A DNA stretch of 64,000 nt from Fidelibacterota bacterium UBA2242 (lineage in GTDB: Bacteria; Fidelibacterota; UBA2242): contig DDYE01000017.1 in NCBI GenBank assembly GCA_002347855.1, positions 271,685 to 335,684 of the forward strand, given 5' to 3'. The notes below the pieces were generated by a model. That model saw only the letters and a program-made list of their open reading frames with translations, was not told the origin of the DNA and ran no database searches. A program made the translations under genes and the position numbers. Positions 50,230-58,629 of the stretch are shown one piece after another. Every line of letters starts with the position of its first letter. The first letter of the stretch is position 1.

Positions 50230-51228
50230 ATGGGTTTCAAATTCCCCAAAATAATTGTATTAATAAGTCTTGTCGGACTTTCTGATTGCAATTTTAATCT
50301 ACCAACTAATCATAGTAACGGCAATTTTGACCTCCAGACTCTACCTCAGGAAATGCTTTTATATATCCCAACTTATGATGGTTCTAATCAAGCTACTCAT
50401 CCCGATGTCCTTTTTTTCCCAGAAGGGAGGAACGGTATTTACTTTTATTTAGTCATGACACCTTACCCCTGGAGCAATAACCGCTATGAGAATCCAAGCC
50501 TGTTATTCAGTCGCAATGGAGTGAATTTTTACGAACCAGTAACAGGTCTAAACCCTTTGGTGCCCCAGCCAACTTATGACCATAACAATGATCCCGACCT
50601 TATTTTCAATCCGCTTACCGAGGCATTCAATATTTTTTATCTCGAAACAATGCGTCCCGATTCGCAAAACACGGTTCTATTAACCAGTCCCGATGGTATT
50701 AAATGGAGAAAAAAAACCGCTGTCCATTATGATTTGAAAGCTGGTGACCCTTTTATTTTGTCCCCTGCTGTAATATTTGTCGATAGTTGTTTCTATATGT
50801 TTTATGTAAAAGCCCAGAGCACAACTCAAACTGAAATCAATTATATTACCAGCCCTGACGGTGAAAAATGGGAAAAAGATAGTGTTAATAGGGTATCGAC
50901 CAATTTTTCCGCCCAATTTGCACCCTGGCATCTGGATGTTTTTCGGGATGAAAATTATTTCTATATGTTATGTTGTGGACCCTATAAAGATTTGAATCTC
51001 TATTTAGGACAGTCAACCGATTTACAGAATTGGAAATTTTTAGAAGAGCCAATTATCAGAAGGTCAAAGAATTTTTACGACAGTGAAAGAATATACCGCA
51101 GTTCTGGTATTGTCCAGGATAATCTTTTGGTGGTTTATTTTTCACTCCGTACAAATTTGGGACAATGGAGAATCGGTTTGAAGAAATTTTCTTTGATGGA
51201 ACTTTTTAAAAATGATTTGCACCAATAA
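50230..51228 (+). CDS. Hypothetical secreted or lipoprotein, possibly beta-propeller glycosidase-like
   Basis: Signal peptide ending LVGLSDC, then ATHPDVLFFP...YFYLVMTPYPWSNNRYENPSLLFSRNG. No family was confidently recognised. Confidence 0.5.
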   Translation: MGFKFPKIIVLISLVGLSDCNFNLPTNHSNGNFDLQTLPQEMLLYIPTYDGSNQATHPDVLFFPEGRNGIYFYLVMTPYPWSNNRYENPSLLFSRNGVNFYEPVTGLNPLVPQPTYDHNNDPDLIFNPLTEAFNIFYLETMRPDSQNTVLLTSPDGIKWRKKTAVHYDLKAGDPFILSPAVIFVDSCFYMFYVKAQSTTQTEINYITSPDGEKWEKDSVNRVSTNFSAQFAPWHLDVFRDENYFYMLCCGPYKDLNLYLGQSTDLQNWKFLEEPIIRRSKNFYDSERIYRSSGIVQDNLLVVYFSLRTNLGQWRIGLKKFSLMELFKNDLHQ

Positions 51229-51393
51229 AAAGACTTGCAGTATAATCATAAAGCTTGTATATTAAATTAGTATGTGGAAAGATAGAGGTAAATAAAACGC
51301 ATTGATAGCCGTCATATCTATCTGAATTCACTTTACTGACATTACTTCCCAGATAACTAAAGCAGAGTGAATAACTAACAAGATCGCATAATC

Positions 51394-53979
51394 TTGGCAA
51401 AAAGTGTCATTTTAGCTGGAGGAATTATTGTGCTTAGTTGGCTGATTATGATTTTATTGATTACCTTTTTAGCGGCACTCTTTTTCACCCGAGTTGCCCG
51501 CTCGATTGCGCTCAAATATCACATCGGTGATATGCCCAATGCCCGCAAAGTGCATAAAACCTTTATGCCCTATCTAGGAGGAGCAGCCATACTCCTGGCG
51601 ATAATTCTCGGGACGATTTTGTCGGTATATATCTTACCTGACGTTGCTGGTCCTGTGCCAAGGCGTTACTATTTCTTAGGAATAACTGCGGTAGCTATTG
51701 CCTTGGTTGGGCTTTATGATGATTTAAAAAAATTACGCTTCACGACAAAATTTTACTGCCAGTTTATCGCTGCCATGGTAGTGATCGCGGGTGGTTTGCG
51801 CTTTACCTCTATTTATATTCCGTATATCGGTGATATTTACCTGGGGTGGAGCGGGTACATATTTACCCTGCTTTGGATAATATTTATTACCAATGCCATG
51901 AATTTATTGGATGGCTTGGACGGCTTGGCAGCTGGTGTCTCATCGATTATTTTTCTGACTTTTGCTATCATTGCGTTGCATAGTGGGCGAACACTGGTAG
52001 CGCTTGTCAATTTATTACTGATTGCTGCTAACTTAGGATTTTTGAAATATAACTACCATCCGGCTACTATTTTTATGGGAGACACGGGTTCCCTCTTCCT
52101 GGGATTTGCCACGGCGATTATTTCGCTGGAAATAGGACGCATTGGAGAAAGTGACCATCTGAATGTCATTCTTCCTTTGACTGTGATGGCGATGCCAGTA
52201 TTAGATACAACTATTGCTTTTTTCAGACGAGCCAGTAAACGCATGCATCCTTTTAAAGCCGATAAAGAGCATATTCATCATCGTCTAATGTCGATAGGAT
52301 TTTCGCATAAAAATGCTGTCAAGGTCATCTATTTTATTAGTGCCTGTACTGGTCTGATGGGACTTTCTTTCATCTTTTTGGACCGAAAGGGAATCATCAC
52401 TGCACTTTTCTGCGGATTGGTCTTCACGATGATACTAATACGTCGGCTGGGATATTTTGAAATTGAGAAGAATTTAATTGTCGTGCCCAATAGCAATGGT
52501 AATGGGAACAGTTCCACTAATGGATTATTAAATGGCAATGGTCACAAAGAGCAAAAATTTATTCCTTTCGATACTTCGCAATTTGTTCAGGCGGCGCTCT
52601 TTTTCTTGAGCGATGCAATCTTCTGTTGTTTAACCTTTCTACTGGTCTATTTCTATGAAATCAAGGTAATGCTGCCCTCTAACAGTGCTCTTGCGCCTTA
52701 TGATTTAAGCTTATGGATGGTTTGGTCGGTTTTGTACTGGAGCATTTTGCTTGGTTTAAATAATCTCTATCATATTGAATGGGACACCTCGCGCATTGAT
52801 GAAATCTTCTCAGTTTTTAAAATAGTCTTTTTCGGTACGGTAGTCCTCTTTTTCCTGAGTTTTGAAATAAAAATTCCCTTTCTCGTCTCTCGCCGCGTAT
52901 TTCTGCCTTATGGTATTCTATTAACGATTGGTCTCGGCCTCGGACGTATCCTGCTGATTTCCTTTTTAAAATCCAGAGAGATTTTAGAGTTCAAGAAAAG
53001 ACCGACTATTATTATTGGACTCTCCAATTCTGCTATGAATGTCGTTAAAAAAATCAACAATATGCCCGTTCTCAAATTTCAATTGGTTGGTTTTATTGAT
53101 GATAAAAACAATGGCAATGTCGGGCAGGTAATTCAAAATCTTCCCGTATTGGGCAATTACGCCGATATTCCGCAAGTGATTAAAAAATACAAAATCAAGG
53201 AAGTCATAATTGCTATTGATGACAACGACATCAATAAAGTCATGGATTTGATTGCCTGGTTCTGTCAATACAATGTTTCGATTAAATTAGTGCCAGATTT
53301 TTACAACCTGCTGACTGGTTTTAAAACTGCTCATATTTATGGTATTTCGCTGATAAAATTTTTTGACTCCAATATGAAAACCTGGGAATGGGTGCTCAAG
53401 CGTCTAATCGACATCATCATTTCCCTCATTGTGTTAATCGTATTTGCACCGTTCTGGCTGATTATCAGCATCATTATCAAACTGGATTCGCCTGGACCCG
53501 TCTTTTATCGTCAGAAACGGGTAGGCAAGAATCGTCAGGAATATGAATTAATCAAATTTCGCTCCATGGTTCAAAATGCTGAGGAATTGACCGGACCAAA
53601 ATGGGCGGAGAAAGATGATCCGCGGGTGACCCGTTTTGGGCGCTTTTTGCGTAAATATGGCTTGGATGAAATTCCGCAATTTTTCAATGTTCTGATTGGT
53701 GATATGAGCATTGTTGGTCCTCGTCCAGAGCGTCCCTTTTTCGTCAATGAGCTGGAGCATTCGATTCAATTTTATTCACGCCGCTTGATTGTCAAGCCTG
53801 GTATTACGGGTTGGGCTCAGATTAAATATAAGTACGATGAGACCATCGAAGATGTGCGTGAGAAATTACGCTATGATTTATATTATATTGAGAATATGTC
53901 GGTGCTGCTCGATTTAAAAATAATTGTTCGAACTCTATTGGTCGGTCTGCGCAAAAAGCATCATATTGCTTACGTCTAA
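51394..53979 (+). CDS. Fusion protein: WecA/MraY-type (GT4) phosphoglycosyl transferase plus full-length WbaP-type sugar transferase
   Basis: aa 1-350: [54 protein letters not shown]. aa 364-386: Asn/Gly linker. aa 390-861: TM bundle, Rossmann-like [10 protein letters not shown]...LVGFIDD...VIIAIDD, then [38 protein letters not shown]. The TTG start is uncertain; an ATG lies at 51448. Confidence 0.8.
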   Translation: MAKSVILAGGIIVLSWLIMILLITFLAALFFTRVARSIALKYHIGDMPNARKVHKTFMPYLGGAAILLAIILGTILSVYILPDVAGPVPRRYYFLGITAVAIALVGLYDDLKKLRFTTKFYCQFIAAMVVIAGGLRFTSIYIPYIGDIYLGWSGYIFTLLWIIFITNAMNLLDGLDGLAAGVSSIIFLTFAIIALHSGRTLVALVNLLLIAANLGFLKYNYHPATIFMGDTGSLFLGFATAIISLEIGRIGESDHLNVILPLTVMAMPVLDTTIAFFRRASKRMHPFKADKEHIHHRLMSIGFSHKNAVKVIYFISACTGLMGLSFIFLDRKGIITALFCGLVFTMILIRRLGYFEIEKNLIVVPNSNGNGNSSTNGLLNGNGHKEQKFIPFDTSQFVQAALFFLSDAIFCCLTFLLVYFYEIKVMLPSNSALAPYDLSLWMVWSVLYWSILLGLNNLYHIEWDTSRIDEIFSVFKIVFFGTVVLFFLSFEIKIPFLVSRRVFLPYGILLTIGLGLGRILLISFLKSREILEFKKRPTIIIGLSNSAMNVVKKINNMPVLKFQLVGFIDDKNNGNVGQVIQNLPVLGNYADIPQVIKKYKIKEVIIAIDDNDINKVMDLIAWFCQYNVSIKLVPDFYNLLTGFKTAHIYGISLIKFFDSNMKTWEWVLKRLIDIIISLIVLIVFAPFWLIISIIIKLDSPGPVFYRQKRVGKNRQEYELIKFRSMVQNAEELTGPKWAEKDDPRVTRFGRFLRKYGLDEIPQFFNVLIGDMSIVGPRPERPFFVNELEHSIQFYSRRLIVKPGITGWAQIKYKYDETIEDVREKLRYDLYYIENMSVLLDLKIIVRTLLVGLRKKHHIAYV

Positions 53980-54025
53980 TATTCTCTAAGGGTTTCGCAT
54001 AAAAATTCCTCACGTGATGGTAAAA

Positions 54026-54080
54026 TTTTTCGGAAGGCTATTTATTATCCTATTTTGATTCCGAAAAAATTTTTATTTTA
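54026..54080 (+). terminator. AT-rich hairpin with T-rich tail between the polysaccharide locus and serS (possible terminator)
   Basis: TTTTTCGGAA (54026-54035) pairs with TTCCGAAAAA (54059-54068) across a 23-nt loop, followed by ATTTTTATTTT. Confidence 0.4.
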
Positions 54081-54102
54081 TGCCGTCAATCTTGGAGAAT
54101 TC

Positions 54103-55380
54103 ATGTTAGACTTGAAAGCTATACGTTCTGAACCTGAAAAATTCCTGCGGTTATTAGAAGCCAAAGGCGCTGCTGAGAACTTGAACCGGCTCCTCGACCT
54201 GGATTACCAGCGGCGTCAGTTAGTGACAAAAACCGATGAGTTAAAAAGTCTGCGCAATCGCGTAAGCGACGAGATAGCCCGGTTAAAAAGAGCGGGAGCA
54301 GCAGCTGAAGATAAAATTAAAGAAATGAAATCCGTCAGCCTGCAGATAAAAGAGCAGGATGAGCAAATCCGCTCACTTGAAGAGCAAATTCACCAGATAT
54401 TAATCACACTCCCCAATATACCCCACGCTTCTGTTAAAATAGGACGAAGCGCGGCTGACAACGAGGTGGTAAAAATCTGGGGAGAGGTGCCGACTTACGA
54501 TTTTCCACTTAAAGATCATCTCGATTTAGCGGAGAATCTTGGTATTATTGATTTCAAGCGGGCGGCGAAAATTTCGGGAACTGGTTTCCCGCTTTATGTC
54601 GGAGACGGGGCAGTTTTGGAGCGGGCGCTAGTAAATTTCATGCTGGATTTTCATCGTAAAAAACACGGCTACCGTGAAGTTTTTCCACCATTTCTGGTCA
54701 ATCGTGATTCTGCCTTCAGTACCGGTCAATTGCCTAAACTCGAAGAAGATATGTACTTGACCAGTGAAGATGACTTATTCTTAATTCCAACTGCCGAGGT
54801 TCCGGTCACCAATATTCATCGCGACGAAATCATACCTGAAAACAAGTTGCCAATCAAATATGTCGCCTATTCCGGCTGTTTCCGTCGGGAAGCTGGTTCT
54901 TATGGCAAAGAGACGCGCGGTCTTTCTCGGGTGCATCAATTTAATAAAGTCGAATTGGTCTGGTTCACGATCCCGGAAACATCCTATGACGTTCATGAGA
55001 AGTTACTGCAAGATGCTGAGGAAATTTTACAAGCATTAAATTTACACTATCGAGTTGTCTCACTGTGCTCGGGTGATTTGAGTTTTGCGGCAGCAAAATG
55101 CTATGATATTGAAGTCTGGGCGCCTGGGACAGGTAAATATTTTGAGGTTTCAAGCGTTAGTAACTTTGAGGATTTTCAGGCTCGACGGGCAAATATTCGT
55201 TACCGCCGCTCGGGCGATAATAGAGTTGGTTATGTGCATACCCTGAATGGTTCCGGAGTAGCAACACCCCGACTGATGATTGCCCTTTTGGAGACCTATC
55301 AGACTGACGAGGGAACAATCGTAGTTCCGGAAGCTCTGCAACCTTATACTGGTTTTAGTTTGATTAAAACTACGGTTTGA
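54103..55380 (+). CDS. serS: Seryl-tRNA synthetase
   Basis: MLDLKAIRSEPE and the coiled-coil arm, then GCFRREAGSYG (motif 2) and TLNGSGVATPR (motif 3). The tracked start at 54055 adds 16 unlikely residues. Confidence 0.95.
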   Translation: MLDLKAIRSEPEKFLRLLEAKGAAENLNRLLDLDYQRRQLVTKTDELKSLRNRVSDEIARLKRAGAAAEDKIKEMKSVSLQIKEQDEQIRSLEEQIHQILITLPNIPHASVKIGRSAADNEVVKIWGEVPTYDFPLKDHLDLAENLGIIDFKRAAKISGTGFPLYVGDGAVLERALVNFMLDFHRKKHGYREVFPPFLVNRDSAFSTGQLPKLEEDMYLTSEDDLFLIPTAEVPVTNIHRDEIIPENKLPIKYVAYSGCFRREAGSYGKETRGLSRVHQFNKVELVWFTIPETSYDVHEKLLQDAEEILQALNLHYRVVSLCSGDLSFAAAKCYDIEVWAPGTGKYFEVSSVSNFEDFQARRANIRYRRSGDNRVGYVHTLNGSGVATPRLMIALLETYQTDEGTIVVPEALQPYTGFSLIKTTV

Positions 55381-56039
55381 TGTCAATTCGCAATCAAAGG
55401 CAAATTCTTTGTGAGTATGGACATAAGATCTATGCTCATGGTTTTGTAGCGGCTAACGATGGTAACCTGAGTGTGCGACTTGACGACAAACGTATTTTGA
55501 TAACGCCGACCCTGCTCTCAAAGAGTGATTTACGACCGCGTGATTTGATCGTACTTGATTACGAAGGTAAGATAATTCGAGGCAAGGCACCCTCTTCCGA
55601 ATATCGTTTGCATCTGGCTATTTATCGTCAGCGTTCGGATGTTGGAGCGATAATTCATACTCATCCACCTTATGCAACAGCTTTTGCGGTCAGTGGAATG
55701 GAATTGCGAGAGTTATTTTTGCCGGAGATGATAGTGACGATTGGCAAGATTCCCCTGGTACCGTATGCGCCACCTTCCAGCCAGCAATTGGCGGATGCTG
55801 CCGCGCAATATATGATAGATTACGATGTCGTTCTGCTCCAGAACCATGGTTTGGTCGCAGTTGGCTCTAATCTTTCGGAAGCTTATGCTCGTACCGAGAG
55901 AAGTGAGCATTGCTTACAGATTTACTTTATAGCGCGAATAATGGGAAATATAAGGCAACTGACTGATGACGAGGTTGAGGAACTCTTAAATTTATATTCC
56001 GTTAATCCTCGGATTAGAAATCTTATACAGAAGAGGTAA
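55380..56039 (+). CDS. Class II aldolase/adducin-family protein
   Basis: AANDGNLSVR, SSEYRLHLAIY, IIHTHPPYATAF, LLQNHGLVAVG. The ATG shares 1 nt with the serS TGA stop. Confidence 0.82.
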   Translation: MSIRNQRQILCEYGHKIYAHGFVAANDGNLSVRLDDKRILITPTLLSKSDLRPRDLIVLDYEGKIIRGKAPSSEYRLHLAIYRQRSDVGAIIHTHPPYATAFAVSGMELRELFLPEMIVTIGKIPLVPYAPPSSQQLADAAAQYMIDYDVVLLQNHGLVAVGSNLSEAYARTERSEHCLQIYFIARIMGNIRQLTDDEVEELLNLYSVNPRIRNLIQKR

Positions 56040-56041
56040 GC

Positions 56042-56752
56042 ATGATTCGTAAATCCTGGGCTGTACTTGCTCTGGGCTCAACTGTGGCGCTTTATGGTGG
56101 AGTTAGTATTGCCTATCCTCCCGCTTATGACTATTTAGCACCGCGCTGGGCACGCCTATTATTAAAAATCTTACGAATTAAACTGCATATCCATGGACTT
56201 GAGTATCTCAAAGGTAATACGCCGGCTATTTTTGTGATGAATCACGAAAGTGCGCTTGATCCAGTTGCCGTTATGGCAGCACTGCCCGTCAGACATCGCT
56301 CCCTGGCAAAAAAGGAACTGTTCAATTTGCCAATCTTAGGATGGATAATGACTCTCGTGCGTCATATTCCAGTTGATCGCCAGAATCCGCGCCGGGCGGT
56401 AGATGTCATTAATCGGATAACTCACGAGGTCATTCAACGAAAAATAAGTTTGGTAGTAAGTCCAGAAGGTACACGCAGCCGTGATGGTCAGCTGGGACAG
56501 TTTAAAAAGGGTGCTTTTCGTCTGGCAGAACGCTATAATTTGCCCTTAATTCCGATTACAATTTTGGGCGCCGGTGAGTGTCTCCCAACCAAAACTCTGG
56601 AATTAAGACCGGGAATTATCGAGGTTTATCTCGGACAACCGATACATTTAAGTGACTTTCCCAGTATGACCGATTGTATCGAGTATATTCGTCAAAAAAT
56701 GATTGCCGCTAAGGCACATCATCTTGCAAGAAAGGGCGAGAAGGATGTTTAA
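56042..56752 (+). CDS. plsC: 1-acyl-sn-glycerol-3-phosphate acyltransferase
   Basis: VMNHESALDP (HxxxxD block), FKKGAF, and SPEGTRS. Confidence 0.88.
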   Translation: MIRKSWAVLALGSTVALYGGVSIAYPPAYDYLAPRWARLLLKILRIKLHIHGLEYLKGNTPAIFVMNHESALDPVAVMAALPVRHRSLAKKELFNLPILGWIMTLVRHIPVDRQNPRRAVDVINRITHEVIQRKISLVVSPEGTRSRDGQLGQFKKGAFRLAERYNLPLIPITILGAGECLPTKTLELRPGIIEVYLGQPIHLSDFPSMTDCIEYIRQKMIAAKAHHLARKGEKDV

Positions 56753-58097
56753 TTGCTATCTCTATCGGCTGGAAGAACCGGCTCCCCGCTTGAGACGTCC
56801 CGAGAAATTGCTCTATCTAAACTGGCTAAATCAAAATTTTCCGCAGAATAATCTAAAAACGACTAAAGGAATAGCCTTGAGCATTATCGCTCCCGGCAAG
56901 CGCAATGAACTCGAAGGTCCCGATTTTAAAGATGCTATGATTCTTTTGGGGGGTGAGATTTGCAAAGGTGATATTGAGATTCACTGGAAAAGCTCGGATT
57001 GGTACGCTCACGGTCACAGTCAGGATGACCTTTATAATAATGTAATTCTGCATGTCGTTGCTAACCATGATACTTCAGACATCAGGACGAAGAGTGGTAA
57101 AATATTGCCCACTTTTATCCTAACCCAGCTGGTCGAAATCCCGAGAAGCGAGCCACCCTGTCTAACCTGGCAAAATATTGCCGAGACAGAGGTCCACAAC
57201 GTCATCCAGAATTTGAATCGCCTACGCTGGCAACGCAAAAGTCAGAACTGGCAAAATGCCATCGAATGTAACGGCGCGGAAGAGGCTTTCTATCAAGGTT
57301 GGGTGGATGTCCTGGGTTATAGTCAAAATCGGCAAGCTTTTCGGCAATTCGCGCGGATTCTTCCCCTTGAAAAAATCTATTACCTGCTTGGAAGCACCAA
57401 CCGTGACCCTATCCCGCTGCTGGAAGCCGTTTTTTTTGGAACAGCCGGTTTCCTTGATGATAAACTGCCACCTAATCTCAACTGCGATTCGCTATATTTT
57501 CAAACCCTCACTAAGGATTGGCATCACTTTCAATCAGAATATGGATTACGATGCGCCCAGGATTTACCCTGGCATTTTGCCGGAACACGCCCGGCTAATT
57601 ATCCGCACAAACGCCTGGCAGCCTTAGCCCAATGCCTTGTCAAACTATTTCCAGCTTATCCCGGTCAGACGTTCATCAGCCAGATTAAAATGGCGCCAAA
57701 TTATCAACGCTTTTATGAGTGGACGGTCGATTTATTACAGCAACCGGAAGGGTTATGGAAGAATCATCCTCTATTTATTCACCAGCGCAGTCAGGTTCTG
57801 ATGGGTACGGAGAGATTGAACGATTTCTTGACAAACCTCGTTTTACCATATTGCCGAGCTATCGCCATTCTGGAAAAAGATTCCGCCCTCATGGAAAAGG
57901 CAGTCCTCTTTTCAGAACAGGTGGCGCTGGGAGAGTTACCGCAGACAATTCGCACTTTTTACACTCGACTGAAGATAGATCTGGCTTCTACTAAATGCAA
58001 CTGGATGGTTCAGGGTGCAATTGAATTCAATCAACGTTTCTGTGAATTAAATTTATGCAATTTATGTCCATTGGAAGCTTATGTTACCCACCAATAA
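56745..58097 (+). CDS. DUF2851-family protein
   Basis: GPDFKDAMILLGGEICKGDIEIHWKSSDWYAHGH...NVILHVV resembles the DUF2851 N-terminal pattern. The start is set at ATG 56745, overlapping the plsC end. Confidence 0.6.
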   Translation: MFNCYLYRLEEPAPRLRRPEKLLYLNWLNQNFPQNNLKTTKGIALSIIAPGKRNELEGPDFKDAMILLGGEICKGDIEIHWKSSDWYAHGHSQDDLYNNVILHVVANHDTSDIRTKSGKILPTFILTQLVEIPRSEPPCLTWQNIAETEVHNVIQNLNRLRWQRKSQNWQNAIECNGAEEAFYQGWVDVLGYSQNRQAFRQFARILPLEKIYYLLGSTNRDPIPLLEAVFFGTAGFLDDKLPPNLNCDSLYFQTLTKDWHHFQSEYGLRCAQDLPWHFAGTRPANYPHKRLAALAQCLVKLFPAYPGQTFISQIKMAPNYQRFYEWTVDLLQQPEGLWKNHPLFIHQRSQVLMGTERLNDFLTNLVLPYCRAIAILEKDSALMEKAVLFSEQVALGELPQTIRTFYTRLKIDLASTKCNWMVQGAIEFNQRFCELNLCNLCPLEAYVTHQ

Positions 58098-58563
58098 AAT
58101 AATTTCAAGAGAAGAAGCCCACCAGATTGCTGAACAGCTACATGAGGCAAAGCAGCCTATCGTATTTACTAATGGCTGCTTTGATTTATTACATCGTGGT
58201 CATATCGAATTGTTGCACTTTGCCAAAGAGCAGGGCAAGGTCTTATTCGTCGGGCTCAACTCAGATTCTTCGGTGCAGCGCTTAAAAGGCACCAGGCGTC
58301 CGATCAATTCTCAAGACGATCGTGCAGCAATTTTAGCAGCTATAGAATATGTTGACTATGTCGTCATTTTTTATGAAGATACACCTTTTGAACTAATTGC
58401 CGTTATCCAGCCTGATGTTTTAGTTAAAGGTGGTGATTATGAGCCGCATGAGATTGTAGGGCGCGATATAGTCGAAGGTCGTGGCGGTAAAGTCTTAGTT
58501 TTTCCCTTAATAAATGGTTTCTCTTCCACCCAGCTTTTAAAAAAATTAATGAATAATTTCTAA
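58081..58563 (+). CDS. Cytidylyltransferase-fold protein, D-glycero-beta-D-manno-heptose-1-phosphate adenylyltransferase-like (RfaE domain II)
   Basis: FTNGCFDLLHRGHIELL is the HxGH motif. Also contains GLNSDSSV and YVVIF. 160 aa. Confidence 0.8.
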   Translation: MLPTNKIISREEAHQIAEQLHEAKQPIVFTNGCFDLLHRGHIELLHFAKEQGKVLFVGLNSDSSVQRLKGTRRPINSQDDRAAILAAIEYVDYVVIFYEDTPFELIAVIQPDVLVKGGDYEPHEIVGRDIVEGRGGKVLVFPLINGFSSTQLLKKLMNNF

Positions 58564-58629
58564 AAACGCCTTGATTTTGTCGTCCAGAAAAGCTAATTTT
58601 AAAGACGAAAACCTTAGATTAGGAGTAGC

